NCBI GenBank assembly: GCA_036834845.1
Contig: DAITNB010000008.1
Span: 34,849 to 98,848, forward strand
Length of the DNA: 64,000 bases
Direction: 5' to 3'
DNA from: a bacterium
Lineage (GTDB): Bacteria; Bacteroidota; Ignavibacteria; Kapaibacteriales; Kapaibacteriaceae
In this document: piece after piece, positions 30,087 to 39,226 of the stretch
Position numbering within the stretch: the first letter of the stretch is position 1
How the letters are laid out: every line of letters begins with the position of its first letter
Program-made: the position numbers and the translations under genes
The notes under the pieces: model-generated
What the model saw: the letters and a program-made list of their open reading frames with translations, nothing else
What the model was told of the DNA's origin: nothing
Database searches by the model: none

Positions 30087-31631
30087 TCACAGCGGGATGT
30101 TTCCGTGTTTCTTCCACGGCACATCCTGCACCTTGGTGCGTAGCTCTCGCAACGCGCGGATGATGTTGCTTCGAGTGTCTTGTGGTTCTATCACATCATC
30201 GATGTAGCCACGCTCGGCGGCCTCGTAGGGATTAGCAAACTCGTGGTTGTACCTATCCTGCAAATCTTGCATGTGCTGCTGCTTGTCTGCGGCCTTTTCG
30301 ATCTCTTTTCGATAGAGAATTTCTACCGCACCTTTTGCACCCATCACGGCAATTTCTGCCGACGGCCATGCTACGTTGTAGTCTCCGCGGATGTGTTTGG
30401 AGTTCATCACATCATATGCACCGCCGTATGCCTTGCGGGTAATCACGGTTATCTTGGGCACGGTGGCTTCGCAGAACGCGTACAGCAGCTTGGCACCATG
30501 GCGGATAATACCACGCCACTCCTGATCGGTACCGGGAAGAAATCCGGGCACATCTTCGAACACAACCAACGGTATACCAAAGGCATCGCAGAAGCGCACA
30601 AAACGTGCCCCCTTAATGCTACTGTTTATGTCTAACACACCGGCAAGAGATGCGGGTTGGTTGGCAACAATGCCAACACTCATTCCATCGAGTGTGGCAA
30701 ACCCAACAAGGAGATTCGTGGCATACTCGGCATGAACTTCAAAAAAGTCGCCTTCGTCTACAACATCGCGCACAACTTCGCGCATGTCGTATGGCTGGTT
30801 GGGGTTTGCCGGAATAATTCTTCGCAGTTTTTCGCAGGTGCGTTGTGGCGAGTCATTCGTTGGCCGAGTAGGGGGCTTTTCGCGGTTGCTCAGGGGCACA
30901 AAGGACATAAGCTTACGCACTGCAAGCAGCGTTTCTACTTCGTTGTCGAACGCAAAGTGTGCTACGCCACTGCGCGATGCATGCGTGTCTGCGCCGCCAA
31001 GTTCCTCGAAGGACACATCTTCATGCGTAACGGTTTTTACAACTTCAGGTCCGGTTACAAACATGTAACTGGTTCCCTTGGTCATAAACACAAAGTCTGT
31101 TAACGCCGGAGAATACACGGCACCACCGGCGCATGGACCAAGGATTACACTTATCTGCGGGATTACTCCGCTAGCCATCGTATTGCGAAGGAAGATGTCT
31201 GCGTAGCCACCAAGTGCCACCACGCCCTCTTGAATGCGCGCCCCGCCGGAATCGTTGAGACCAATCACCGGAACACCAATCTTCATGGCATGATCCATAA
31301 GCTTGCAGATCTTTTCTGCATGCACCTCTCCAAGCGAGCCACCAAAGGTGGTAAAGTCCTGAGAGAACACACACACCGTTCTGCCGTGAATCTCGCCAAC
31401 ACCGGTAACAACTCCATCGCCAAGTGGACGTTGCGCTTCTAATCCAAACTTTGTTGAGCGATGCCGCGCCAACATGTCCATCTCGCGGAACGAGTTTTCG
31501 TCTATCAGCACCGATAGTCGCTCTCGGGCCGTTAGCTTCCCTTTTGCGTGTTGCGCGTCTATCCGCGCCTTACCACCACCGAGGAGCGCCTCCTCCTTGA
31601 GTTTTCGTAGCTGCTGAATCTTTTCGTCCAC
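30087..31631 (-). CDS. pccB: Acyl-CoA carboxylase beta (carboxyltransferase) subunit, PccB-like
   Basis: [70 protein letters not shown] start at 31631 with GGAGA RBS. Confidence 0.93.
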   Translation of the reverse strand: MDEKIQQLRKLKEEALLGGGKARIDAQHAKGKLTARERLSVLIDENSFREMDMLARHRSTKFGLEAQRPLGDGVVTGVGEIHGRTVCVFSQDFTTFGGSLGEVHAEKICKLMDHAMKIGVPVIGLNDSGGARIQEGVVALGGYADIFLRNTMASGVIPQISVILGPCAGGAVYSPALTDFVFMTKGTSYMFVTGPEVVKTVTHEDVSFEELGGADTHASRSGVAHFAFDNEVETLLAVRKLMSFVPLSNREKPPTRPTNDSPQRTCEKLRRIIPANPNQPYDMREVVRDVVDEGDFFEVHAEYATNLLVGFATLDGMSVGIVANQPASLAGVLDINSSIKGARFVRFCDAFGIPLVVFEDVPGFLPGTDQEWRGIIRHGAKLLYAFCEATVPKITVITRKAYGGAYDVMNSKHIRGDYNVAWPSAEIAVMGAKGAVEILYRKEIEKAADKQQHMQDLQDRYNHEFANPYEAAERGYIDDVIEPQDTRSNIIRALRELRTKVQDVPWKKHGNIPL

Positions 31632-31680
31632 AACATCTCCTGGATATGCGGCACGAAAATAGGCAGTAAATTGGCGGTCT

Positions 31681-32064
31681 ATGACACATCGCCTTATTCT
31701 CATGCTCTCCGGTTTGCTAATGATGTTTGCCATCTTCGGCATGATTATGTGGATTGGAGCAACGGTTGGCGAAAACGAGAGTGCTGCCACCGGCAACATG
31801 ATTCTTACGCTTATCATGACGGTGTTTACGCTAACGGCTCTGCAGGCCGGACTCTCTATGCGAAAGAAGGCCAATGCACGTATCGAAACGTCGATAGAAG
31901 CACAATTTGCCACCCGGGGTTTTGTAGAGGCGGCAACACTCGCTGCCGAAATCGGCATCTCCATGGATGATGCCCGCGATGTGCTTGATAAGCGGGCCGC
32001 TCGCCGTTTATGGAAACGCACCGAGCTGGAGCAATACAACGCACGCTACTTCCCCACGGCATGA
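31681..32064 (+). CDS. Hypothetical membrane protein (2 TM + small helix-turn-helix-like tail)
   Basis: Two hydrophobic segments, then [23 protein letters not shown]. Its stop overlaps the GT2 start (ATGA). Confidence 0.55.
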   Translation: MTHRLILMLSGLLMMFAIFGMIMWIGATVGENESAATGNMILTLIMTVFTLTALQAGLSMRKKANARIETSIEAQFATRGFVEAATLAAEIGISMDDARDVLDKRAARRLWKRTELEQYNARYFPTA

Positions 32065-32753
32065 TTAACGGCAAGTCTGTTGCCGTTGTTATCCCGGCGC
32101 TCAACGAGGAGTTATCTATTGGTCAGGTGCTAGAACGTTTGCCAACGTGTTTCGACGTGGTGGTTGTGGCCGACAATGGCTCTGAAGATTCCACGGCGCA
32201 CATTGCCGCGATGAAGGGGGCCGTTGTTGTGCACGAAGCCCGTCGTGGTTACGGTGCGGCGTGTCTATGCGCCCTGCGGTATCTCCGTAGCAATCCGCCG
32301 GATGTTGTCTTGTTTTGTGATGCAGATGGCGCAGACCATCCAGAAGACGCACTTCGTGTGGCAGAGGTTGTTGCCACTACGAACGCTCTGCTCTGCATTG
32401 GCTCTCGCACACAAGGTGTGCGAGAGCGTGGTGCACTTACACCACAACAAGTGTTTGGAAATTGGCTGGCAACCATGCTGATACGGTTGCGCTGGAATGT
32501 GCGGTACTCGGATCTGGGTCCGCTGCGCGCCATAACATGGCAAGCACTGGAAGAGCTGGATATGGAGGATGTTACCTGGGGGTGGACGGTAGAAATGCAG
32601 ATAAAGGCCGCCCAATGTGGGATGGCATTTACGGAAATACCTGTGCGGTATCGCAGACGTATAGGTCAGTCGAAAATCTCCGGTACGATAATGGGATCTG
32701 TACGTGCAGGAACGAAAATTCTGTCTACCATCGCACGATATGCCCTTAAGTAA
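32061..32753 (+). CDS. Glycosyltransferase family 2 (polyprenol-phosphate glycosyltransferase-like)
   Basis: VVIPALNEE, VADNGSED, GYGAA, DADG DxD motif, DLGPLRAI, WTVEMQIKA. Confidence 0.9.
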   Translation: MINGKSVAVVIPALNEELSIGQVLERLPTCFDVVVVADNGSEDSTAHIAAMKGAVVVHEARRGYGAACLCALRYLRSNPPDVVLFCDADGADHPEDALRVAEVVATTNALLCIGSRTQGVRERGALTPQQVFGNWLATMLIRLRWNVRYSDLGPLRAITWQALEELDMEDVTWGWTVEMQIKAAQCGMAFTEIPVRYRRRIGQSKISGTIMGSVRAGTKILSTIARYALK

Positions 32754-33978
32754 CTACGCACACTTCAACTCTGCGGCATGGATTGCCCTTAGTGTTCTCT
32801 GGATAGCGGCGTTCTTTCTCTATCAACGAAAGGTGCGCAAGGTTGTATCGGCCCGCGCAGCCCTCTTCATCTTTGGTACGCTTTCACTGGCAGCAACACT
32901 GTGGGGTCCGGATTTCTCGAATGACCTTCTGCGGTATGCATGGGACGGACGTGTGGCCTCGGTAGGAGTATCGCCGTATGCCTTTCCTCCCGCAGCCACG
33001 GCTTTGGCAAGCGCCGCAGTGGTATCCGACAGCATTTCTCTTCCTGCCGATCTTTCGTACAAGGAGCTGCCAACAATCTATCCTCCGGGATCGCAATTGT
33101 TGTTCGAGGTGATGTGGCGCTGCACGCAGTCTGTCCGTTGGTTTCACTTTGGGTTGTCTGCTCTGGCAATTGCCGGCGGACTGCTTGTGTTGTGGGGTTT
33201 TCCACCGCACCAAAGAGGATACGCTCTTGCTGCTCTTACGTGTCCAACAATTCTCATTCATGGTTTTGGCTACGCACATACAGACATCTTTATGTCGCTT
33301 TTTGCCCTTGCTGCTGTGTTATTCGCGCAGCGCAATGCGCTTGTTCCATCTGCTATGTCTCTCGGCATGGCCATAGCCACCAAATATTTGCCGCTCGTTC
33401 TTCTTCCGGAGTTCTTGCGAAGAAAAAATATTCGCAGCGGACTTCTCTTCTCCGTTGTGTGTGCCGCCACCGTGGCTGTTCTCTATGCGCCGTACCTGGG
33501 AGGCAACGTATTGGGATCGCTGGGAGTTTTCGCAGCAACGTGGCAGAGCAACTCGGCGCTCTATTCGCTTCTTATGAACGTTGTTGCGCCGGAAACGGCT
33601 CGGTATATCATGGCTGGTATGGGGCTAGCAGGATGTGCAACCGTATGGTATGTATTTCGCGCAACACCATGGTGCGGAACGGTGGCTGCGATACTTACGC
33701 TACTACTCTGCTCGCCGGTAGTGCATCCGTGGTACCTTGCGTTACCAATCACGTTGATACCGTTTGCCCCCTTGCGAAGCACCATGGTGTGGGCCGCAAC
33801 GATAAGCGTCTATGGCATTGCGTATGAAAACTACAAGGGCAACGGAGTGTGGACTGACCACCCCGTTGCCCTTGCTGTAGAATTTCTGCCTGTTGTTGTC
33901 GCCTTAGCGATTGATCTGCGCAGAGGTCCGTTATTGCTTAACGATGAACACGGTGCGCGCTTGCGAACCACTGCGTAG
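32740..33978 (+). CDS. GT-C fold membrane glycosyltransferase (GT87/DUF2029-like)
   Basis: SNDLLRYAWDG, TIYPP, K..PL, VHPWY motifs; about 10 TM. Overlaps the end of the GT2 gene. Confidence 0.72.
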   Translation: MPLSNYAHFNSAAWIALSVLWIAAFFLYQRKVRKVVSARAALFIFGTLSLAATLWGPDFSNDLLRYAWDGRVASVGVSPYAFPPAATALASAAVVSDSISLPADLSYKELPTIYPPGSQLLFEVMWRCTQSVRWFHFGLSALAIAGGLLVLWGFPPHQRGYALAALTCPTILIHGFGYAHTDIFMSLFALAAVLFAQRNALVPSAMSLGMAIATKYLPLVLLPEFLRRKNIRSGLLFSVVCAATVAVLYAPYLGGNVLGSLGVFAATWQSNSALYSLLMNVVAPETARYIMAGMGLAGCATVWYVFRATPWCGTVAAILTLLLCSPVVHPWYLALPITLIPFAPLRSTMVWAATISVYGIAYENYKGNGVWTDHPVALAVEFLPVVVALAIDLRRGPLLLNDEHGARLRTTA

Positions 33979-36015
33979 CGTTACTGCATACACACCAGAA
34001 GCACCGTTGATAGTGAACATCTCGCTGTTGGCAATGGCGTTTGCAGAGAACACAACACGTCCAAGTGCATCGCTCACAATGATGGCCGCACCTGCGCCAC
34101 CCTCTACCGTTAGTGCTCCGGTGGTGGGATTGGGATAGATTGTTACGATGTTGCCATCGGCACCTTCGAACACACTGGTGCTGCCAACGGTGTAGTTGTC
34201 TGACCAACGAGAGCAACCGGTAGTATCGCTGATGAGAACGCGGTAGTTGCCTTCTCCCTGAATTTGCACATTCTGATTTGTTGCGCCAGGAATAGCAGTT
34301 CCTTCGAGGTACCACTGATACATTACATCACTAACACTGGAACGCAACTCTTCTCCAACACGCACGATGGTTGGAACTGGGAGTCCGGGACGCACATTTA
34401 CCGTTACGGTGTCTGTGTTATTTATACAATCATCATGACCGGTGATGCGGCAATACACTTTGCGTTGGCCTACGCGAAGTTGGCTTGTAGAAAGGCGCGA
34501 CGTAGTACCCGCAACTTTTTGTCCATCTACGTACCACTCATAGGTTGGATAGCCAAACGCAACGGCTATCAAACTGTCTTGGCCTTCACAGATTTCCATT
34601 ACCTTCGATCGTGGATTAATCCATGTAGCCGGACCACATTCGAGGGCAGCCACGAAAACGTCGGAGAATCTCTCTCCATCAATTTTCTGTCCGCCAAAAT
34701 ACGCCCATGTATCGAAGATGCCCGAAACGTATGGGATATTTTTAGAGTCAACAACAACGCCGCGAATCTCATCGTCGTATTCACCGCCCATGGTTTGAAC
34801 CCAGTCTACGTCTCCATTCGCCAGAACGCGCATTACTAATCCATCGCGGCCCCCTACAGACTGGGCAGCATTGAGACCGATGGTTGTTGTGCTATCGAAA
34901 TATCCACCAACATACATTGCGCCCTTAGCATCGGTGCGAACGGACAGACCCACATCCTCGAAAGTTCCGCCGTAACGCTTGAGCAAGTCAATTGCACCAT
35001 CGCGCGTGAAGCGGCACAGGAAGATGTCGGATTCGAACTCGCCGTTAGCTGTAAGTGTTTGGGTATCGAACGTGGTTACCTGGCTCATGGCACCGGTAAC
35101 AACCAACTTACCATCGAACTGAACGGTAGATGCAATGTGCCGGTCTACACCGCTATATCCGATGCGTTTTGCCCACAACGTTCCGCCATTAGCATTCATG
35201 GCCATCACCACAAAGTCGGGTCTGTTCACGAAGCTCTCAATCTCACCGGCCGAGCCAAATCGGACCTTACCGATAAACGTTGCACACGTATAGATGCGAT
35301 CTCCATTGGGGGTAACGTTAATGGAGAGGGCTTCGTCGTTCTCTGCACCACCAAATCCCTGAACCCATGTGAATTCGCCCGTTGCCGTCATTTTCGCAAC
35401 AAAAATGTCGAGCTTGCCTGTGGAGGTGTACGATCTGGATCCAAACTCTCCCGTACCGCCAATACCTCCGGCAACATAAACGTTGCCAAGTGAATCAACT
35501 GCAAGGGAGGGGGCTCCTTCGTCGTAGGTAGGAGAACCAAAAACGGTTACCCACTGTAGGGCACCGTTCCTGTCGAACTTTGCAACCCACATGTCCATAG
35601 AGTTCTCGCTGATACCCTCTACGAGCTGTCCGCCCACGAGCGCTTCTAGCATAAAGGCCCCGGCCATGTATACGTTGCCGTTCTTGTCTGCTACAACAGA
35701 ACGGGCTTCGTCTACATCAAAGCCGCCATGACTGGAAAGCTGACCAATCCTGCCCTTGTTGTTGTATCTGGCCAAGAATACGTCGTAGTTGCCATAGGCC
35801 TGAATGCGCTGACCGTCGAAGTTCATCGAATCGGAAAACACGCCAACGGTGTACAGGTCTCCGCTGGGAGCAAGGGCCAAGGAAAAACACTCGTCGAACG
35901 ATACGCCGGTTCCGGTAGAGATCCAGTTCCATCGCTGCGCCGAGGCAGAAGACATGATTAGCATAAGCGTTGCGGTAAGCAACACTATGCGTGCAGGGGA
36001 AAAGATGTGTTTCAT
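33931..36015 (-). CDS. Beta-propeller (SBBP-like) repeat protein with T9SS C-terminal domain
   Basis: About 7 repeats of G....D.A..VA.D..GNVY.AG.F ... G..DIFVAK....G...W; IYPNPTTG...TVFIVKQ CTD. Start ATG 36015. Confidence 0.82.
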   Translation of the reverse strand: MKHIFSPARIVLLTATLMLIMSSASAQRWNWISTGTGVSFDECFSLALAPSGDLYTVGVFSDSMNFDGQRIQAYGNYDVFLARYNNKGRIGQLSSHGGFDVDEARSVVADKNGNVYMAGAFMLEALVGGQLVEGISENSMDMWVAKFDRNGALQWVTVFGSPTYDEGAPSLAVDSLGNVYVAGGIGGTGEFGSRSYTSTGKLDIFVAKMTATGEFTWVQGFGGAENDEALSINVTPNGDRIYTCATFIGKVRFGSAGEIESFVNRPDFVVMAMNANGGTLWAKRIGYSGVDRHIASTVQFDGKLVVTGAMSQVTTFDTQTLTANGEFESDIFLCRFTRDGAIDLLKRYGGTFEDVGLSVRTDAKGAMYVGGYFDSTTTIGLNAAQSVGGRDGLVMRVLANGDVDWVQTMGGEYDDEIRGVVVDSKNIPYVSGIFDTWAYFGGQKIDGERFSDVFVAALECGPATWINPRSKVMEICEGQDSLIAVAFGYPTYEWYVDGQKVAGTTSRLSTSQLRVGQRKVYCRITGHDDCINNTDTVTVNVRPGLPVPTIVRVGEELRSSVSDVMYQWYLEGTAIPGATNQNVQIQGEGNYRVLISDTTGCSRWSDNYTVGSTSVFEGADGNIVTIYPNPTTGALTVEGGAGAAIIVSDALGRVVFSANAIANSEMFTINGASGVYAVTLRSGSQARTVFIVKQ

Positions 36016-36053
36016 GTGCAGAATCCTTACTGCAAGTGAGAAATTGAACATGG

Positions 36054-36656
36054 CTACAGGAGCCCCCTACCCGACTTCTGAATGCGTTGTTCCGTTTGTA
36101 GTCGGTCGTGAACAGCGTCGAGAACGCCATTAATGAATGTACCGCTTTTATCTGTTGAGTACCGTTTGGCCAGCTCGATAACCTCGTTGATGGTAACCTT
36201 TACGGGAATGTCCGGACACGAAGTGAGCTCGGCAATGGCAAGGCGCATTAGAATCCGGTCTAGCGCTGCAATGCGCTCCAGATCCCAATTCTTCGCATAC
36301 ATGTCTATGAGTTCCGTGCTGCCTACCTCTTGTTCCTTGGCAGACACAATCACTTCTCGAGCATACTCTATGTCTTCGGTAGACCATTCAATGGCAACAT
36401 CGGCATCGAGTTCGAGCACTTCTTCTGGACGGAGAATTTTTGCGTCTTCCGGCGCATCCTTCTCGTCGAACGTGAACTGACGGAAGAAAACATGATTAAA
36501 CGCCGTATCAAGATCTACATCAGATCCTGTAGTAGCGGCTAACACCTGCAGCACTTTTTCGCGGGCCAGGTGACGCGACCCCTTGATGTGGGTGCGTTTG
36601 CTTACCGGAAAGTCTGCATCGGAATCGGAAGTGGTCACGGACGCTCCAAAAATCAA
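36054..36656 (-). CDS. nusB: Transcription antitermination factor NusB
   Basis: RHLAREKVLQ, NWDLERIAALDRILMRLA..EL, PVKVTINEVIELAKRYS...SGTFINGVLD. Start could be GTG 36638. Confidence 0.92.
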   Translation of the reverse strand: MIFGASVTTSDSDADFPVSKRTHIKGSRHLAREKVLQVLAATTGSDVDLDTAFNHVFFRQFTFDEKDAPEDAKILRPEEVLELDADVAIEWSTEDIEYAREVIVSAKEQEVGSTELIDMYAKNWDLERIAALDRILMRLAIAELTSCPDIPVKVTINEVIELAKRYSTDKSGTFINGVLDAVHDRLQTEQRIQKSGRGLL

Positions 36657-37741
36657 ACACCGCGGATCGTTGGCGATCCCACGTATGTGCCGTGAACATG
36701 GCGAACCTTCCGCAAGCGATCTTCGGCAATCTCATTGGATGCCTCGATTGTGAGCAGATTGCGTTCCTTCGCAGTTGTTAGGATGTTCATGGTTATGTCG
36801 TAGATGCTCTCTGCCTGACGCATCACCTTGTCGCGATCATAACCCTCTACTTCCGAGGCAACATTCATCAAACCACCGGAGTTTACCACGTAGTCTGGAG
36901 CATACATGATGTTGCGTTCGCGCAACATGGCTGCATGGGTCCGTTCAATCTGTAGTTGGTTATTGGCGCCACCGCATACAATGGAACACGTTAGTTGCGG
37001 AATTGTTGTGTCATTGAGTATCGCACCTAGAGCGTTCGGAGAGAACACGTCGCATTCCGTGGTAAACACTGCATCGGCGGCGATTACAGTAGCACCGGTG
37101 CGGGCTGCAAGAGCGGCGGCCTTGTCTTCGTAGATGTCGGACACGAACACCTTTGCTCCATCCTTCACCAGATGCTCTACAAGATAGGAGGCAACATTAC
37201 CTGCCCCCTGCACAACAACACGTTTGCCGGATAAGGAGTCTGACCCCCACGTTGCCTTAGCGGAGGCACGCATTCCGGAGAATACGCCCAACGCTGTAAC
37301 AGGGCTGGGGTCTCCGGAACCACCAGGACCACCAACACCGGTAACGTACTTCGTTTCCATGCGAATCCACTCCATGTCCCGGACGCTTGTGCCCACGTCT
37401 TCGGCGGTGATGTAGCGTCCACGCAGCGTTTCTACCATACGGCCATAGGCGCGGAACATCGCTTCGCTTTTGTCGGTCCGTGGGTCGCCAATGAGCACTG
37501 CCTTTCCGCCACCAAGGTTAACGCCGCTTACAGCGGCTTTGTACGTCATGCCGCGGGAGAGGCGCAGCGCGTCTGTTATCGCGGCTTCGTCCGATTCGTA
37601 TTTCCACATTCGTGTACCACCAAGCGCTGGACCAAGGGAGGTGTCGTGTACGGCAATAATTGCGCGAAGACCAGTGGTAGGATCGGAACAGAGAACAACT
37701 TGTTCGTGTCCCATCGAGTGGAGCGTTTCAAAGATCTGCAT
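36653..37741 (-). CDS. ldh: Leucine dehydrogenase (Glu/Leu/Phe/Val dehydrogenase family)
   Basis: HDTSLGPALGGTRM, LSRGMTYKAA, GGGKAV, YITAEDVGT, GDPSPVTA.GV, QGAGNV, GGANNQL, YAPDYVVNSGG. Start ATG 37741. Confidence 0.9.
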   Translation of the reverse strand: MQIFETLHSMGHEQVVLCSDPTTGLRAIIAVHDTSLGPALGGTRMWKYESDEAAITDALRLSRGMTYKAAVSGVNLGGGKAVLIGDPRTDKSEAMFRAYGRMVETLRGRYITAEDVGTSVRDMEWIRMETKYVTGVGGPGGSGDPSPVTALGVFSGMRASAKATWGSDSLSGKRVVVQGAGNVASYLVEHLVKDGAKVFVSDIYEDKAAALAARTGATVIAADAVFTTECDVFSPNALGAILNDTTIPQLTCSIVCGGANNQLQIERTHAAMLRERNIMYAPDYVVNSGGLMNVASEVEGYDRDKVMRQAESIYDITMNILTTAKERNLLTIEASNEIAEDRLRKVRHVHGTYVGSPTIRGV

Positions 37742-37782
37742 GTCTAACCGAGTGAGTGACGAAAAGAGAGCCGTAAAATACG

Positions 37783-37809
37783 AACGGCCACCCAAAAGGG
37801 GTGGCCGTT
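37783..37809 (-). terminator. Hairpin (probable intrinsic terminator) after the RRM gene
   Basis: Perfect 11-bp stem AACGGCCACCC / GGGTGGCCGTT with a 5-nt loop, 25 nt after the RRM stop. The T tract on the minus strand (CGTATTTT) is weak. Confidence 0.6.
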
Positions 37810-37834
37810 GCAAGAATCGATCTCGGTTTCGGGA

Positions 37835-38113
37835 TCAATAGCGGGGACCGCGTTCGAAGCGAGGACGCTCGTCACGTGGACGTGCTTCGTTCACTACGAG
37901 CGGACGACCGCCCATATTACGGCCATTCATTGCTTCAATGGCCTGGTTGCCGGAGGCAGCATCGGCCATCTCAACGAAGCCGAACCCGCGCGAGCGACCG
38001 GTGAATTTGTCCTTCACAACGGAAGCGGACGTCACGGCGCCAAATTCCGAGAACGTAGAACGAAGTTCGTTATCGTCCATGGAATATGGCAGATTGCCAA
38101 CATAGATATTCAT
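37835..38113 (-). CDS. RNA recognition motif (RRM) RNA-binding protein
   Basis: NIYVGNL (RNP2), RGFGFVEM (RNP1), LVVNEARPR with Arg-rich tail. Confidence 0.95.
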   Translation of the reverse strand: MNIYVGNLPYSMDDNELRSTFSEFGAVTSASVVKDKFTGRSRGFGFVEMADAASGNQAIEAMNGRNMGGRPLVVNEARPRDERPRFERGPRY

Positions 38114-38292
38114 ACATCGACCCTTTGCGGAACATGTTGCGGCATCAACGTTGACACATTGAATTTAACTCGACCTGATGCCCCGTACCGTAGTTCCGCC
38201 TACGACACAGTTCTGCAAGATACCGCAAAAAGTGCGGGAAACAAGAAGTTTTCCACAGCACCGGGCGAGACCGTCGAGATTATCTTGGTTAC

Positions 38293-38348
38293 AGGAATTC
38301 CGGGGATGACGGGAATGACAAGAATTACGGGAATTACGGAATGACAGG
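38293..38348 (+). repeat. Degenerate 8-9 nt tandem array (GGAAT[T/G]AC)
   Basis: Reads ...ggaattccggggatgacgggaatgacaagaattacgggaattacggaatgacagg. Confidence 0.75.
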
Positions 38349-38414
38349 AACGCCGGGACAACACCGGGACAACGCCGGGACAACGCCGGGACAACGCCGG
38401 GACAACGCCGGGAC
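38349..38414 (+). repeat. 11-bp tandem repeat AACGCCGGGAC x6 (copy 2 is AACACCGGGAC)
   Basis: Six contiguous copies counted directly, ending 15 nt from the sod stop codon. Confidence 0.95.
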
Positions 38415-38429
38415 AGTACCGGAACTCAC

Positions 38430-39125
38430 CTAGCTCTTATAGTTTGCCTCCACTTGTTTCCAATTCACCACGTTCCACCACGCTGTTATGTAGTCGGCCC
38501 GGCGGTTTTGATACTTTAGATAGTAGGCGTGCTCCCATACGTCGATGCCAAGGATGGGTGTAGTGCCCCACGAAGAGAGTTTTTGCTGATTCTCCGCCTG
38601 GAGTATTATCAAACGTCCATCATCTTTTCTGTGATGGAGCAATGCCCACCCGCTGCCTTCTACGGCTGCTGCTGCTGCGGAAAATTGTTTCTTAAAGGCA
38701 TCAAAGGAACCAAAGCTGTCTGTTATTGCCTGTGCAAGTGCGCCGGTTGGTTCGCCCCCTCCGCCTTTGCCGGGCGGAGCCATAACTTTCCAAAACATGG
38801 AGTGTAACCAGTGTCCACCACCGTGAAAGGCGGCCTGGCGAGACCAGTGCTGAATAAGCGAATAGTCTCCGGAGGAACGAGCTTTGGCCAGTTCTTCTTC
38901 GGCTTTGTTTAAACCATTCACGTAGGCAAGGTGGTGTTTGCCGTGATGAATCAACATTGTTTGCGAGTCGATATACGGCTCTAACGCTGCGGCATCATAC
39001 GGTAGGGCCGGCAACTCGTGAACTCCGCCTGCACCAACTGGAACTGATCCGATAGCTGAAAGGGGCGTGTTGAACGCAACTGCTCCGAGTGCAGCGCTGG
39101 CTATAAACGATCGGCGAGTAGTCAT
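38430..39125 (-). CDS. sodA: Tat-exported Fe/Mn superoxide dismutase (Mn-type signature)
   Basis: MTTRRSFI twin-arginine signal (ATG 39125, AAGGAAG RBS); LPALPY, HHGKHH.AYV, GGGHWLH, GSGWA, DVWEHAYY. Confidence 0.9.
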   Translation of the reverse strand: MTTRRSFIASAALGAVAFNTPLSAIGSVPVGAGGVHELPALPYDAAALEPYIDSQTMLIHHGKHHLAYVNGLNKAEEELAKARSSGDYSLIQHWSRQAAFHGGGHWLHSMFWKVMAPPGKGGGGEPTGALAQAITDSFGSFDAFKKQFSAAAAAVEGSGWALLHHRKDDGRLIILQAENQQKLSSWGTTPILGIDVWEHAYYLKYQNRRADYITAWWNVVNWKQVEANYKS

Positions 39126-39145
39126 TTGGCTTCCTTTGAATTGTT

Positions 39146-39219
39146 GTAATCCAGGTAATCCCGTAATCCAGGTAATCCCGTAATTCCGTAATTCCGTAAT
39201 TCCGTAATTCCGTAATTCC
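39146..39219 (+). repeat. Tandem array: (GTAATCCAG GTAATCCC) x2 followed by GTAATTCC x5
   Basis: Counted directly in the fbp-sod intergenic gap. The unit is the reverse complement of the GGAATTAC array at 38293-38348. Confidence 0.93.
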
Positions 39220-39226
39220 CGTCCCC

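Noticed and set aside
30087-32039. Long N-terminal extensions in the ORF track (pccB to 32039; also esterase from 45330, tal from 16036, ldcA from 5886, ctpA to 11204)
   Set aside because: The extensions overlap other well-supported genes and lack family similarity; downstream starts with RBS or signal peptides fit better.
38293-39223. Repeat arrays as a CRISPR array
   Set aside because: Units are 8-11 nt and contiguous, with no unique spacers; no cas genes in the window.
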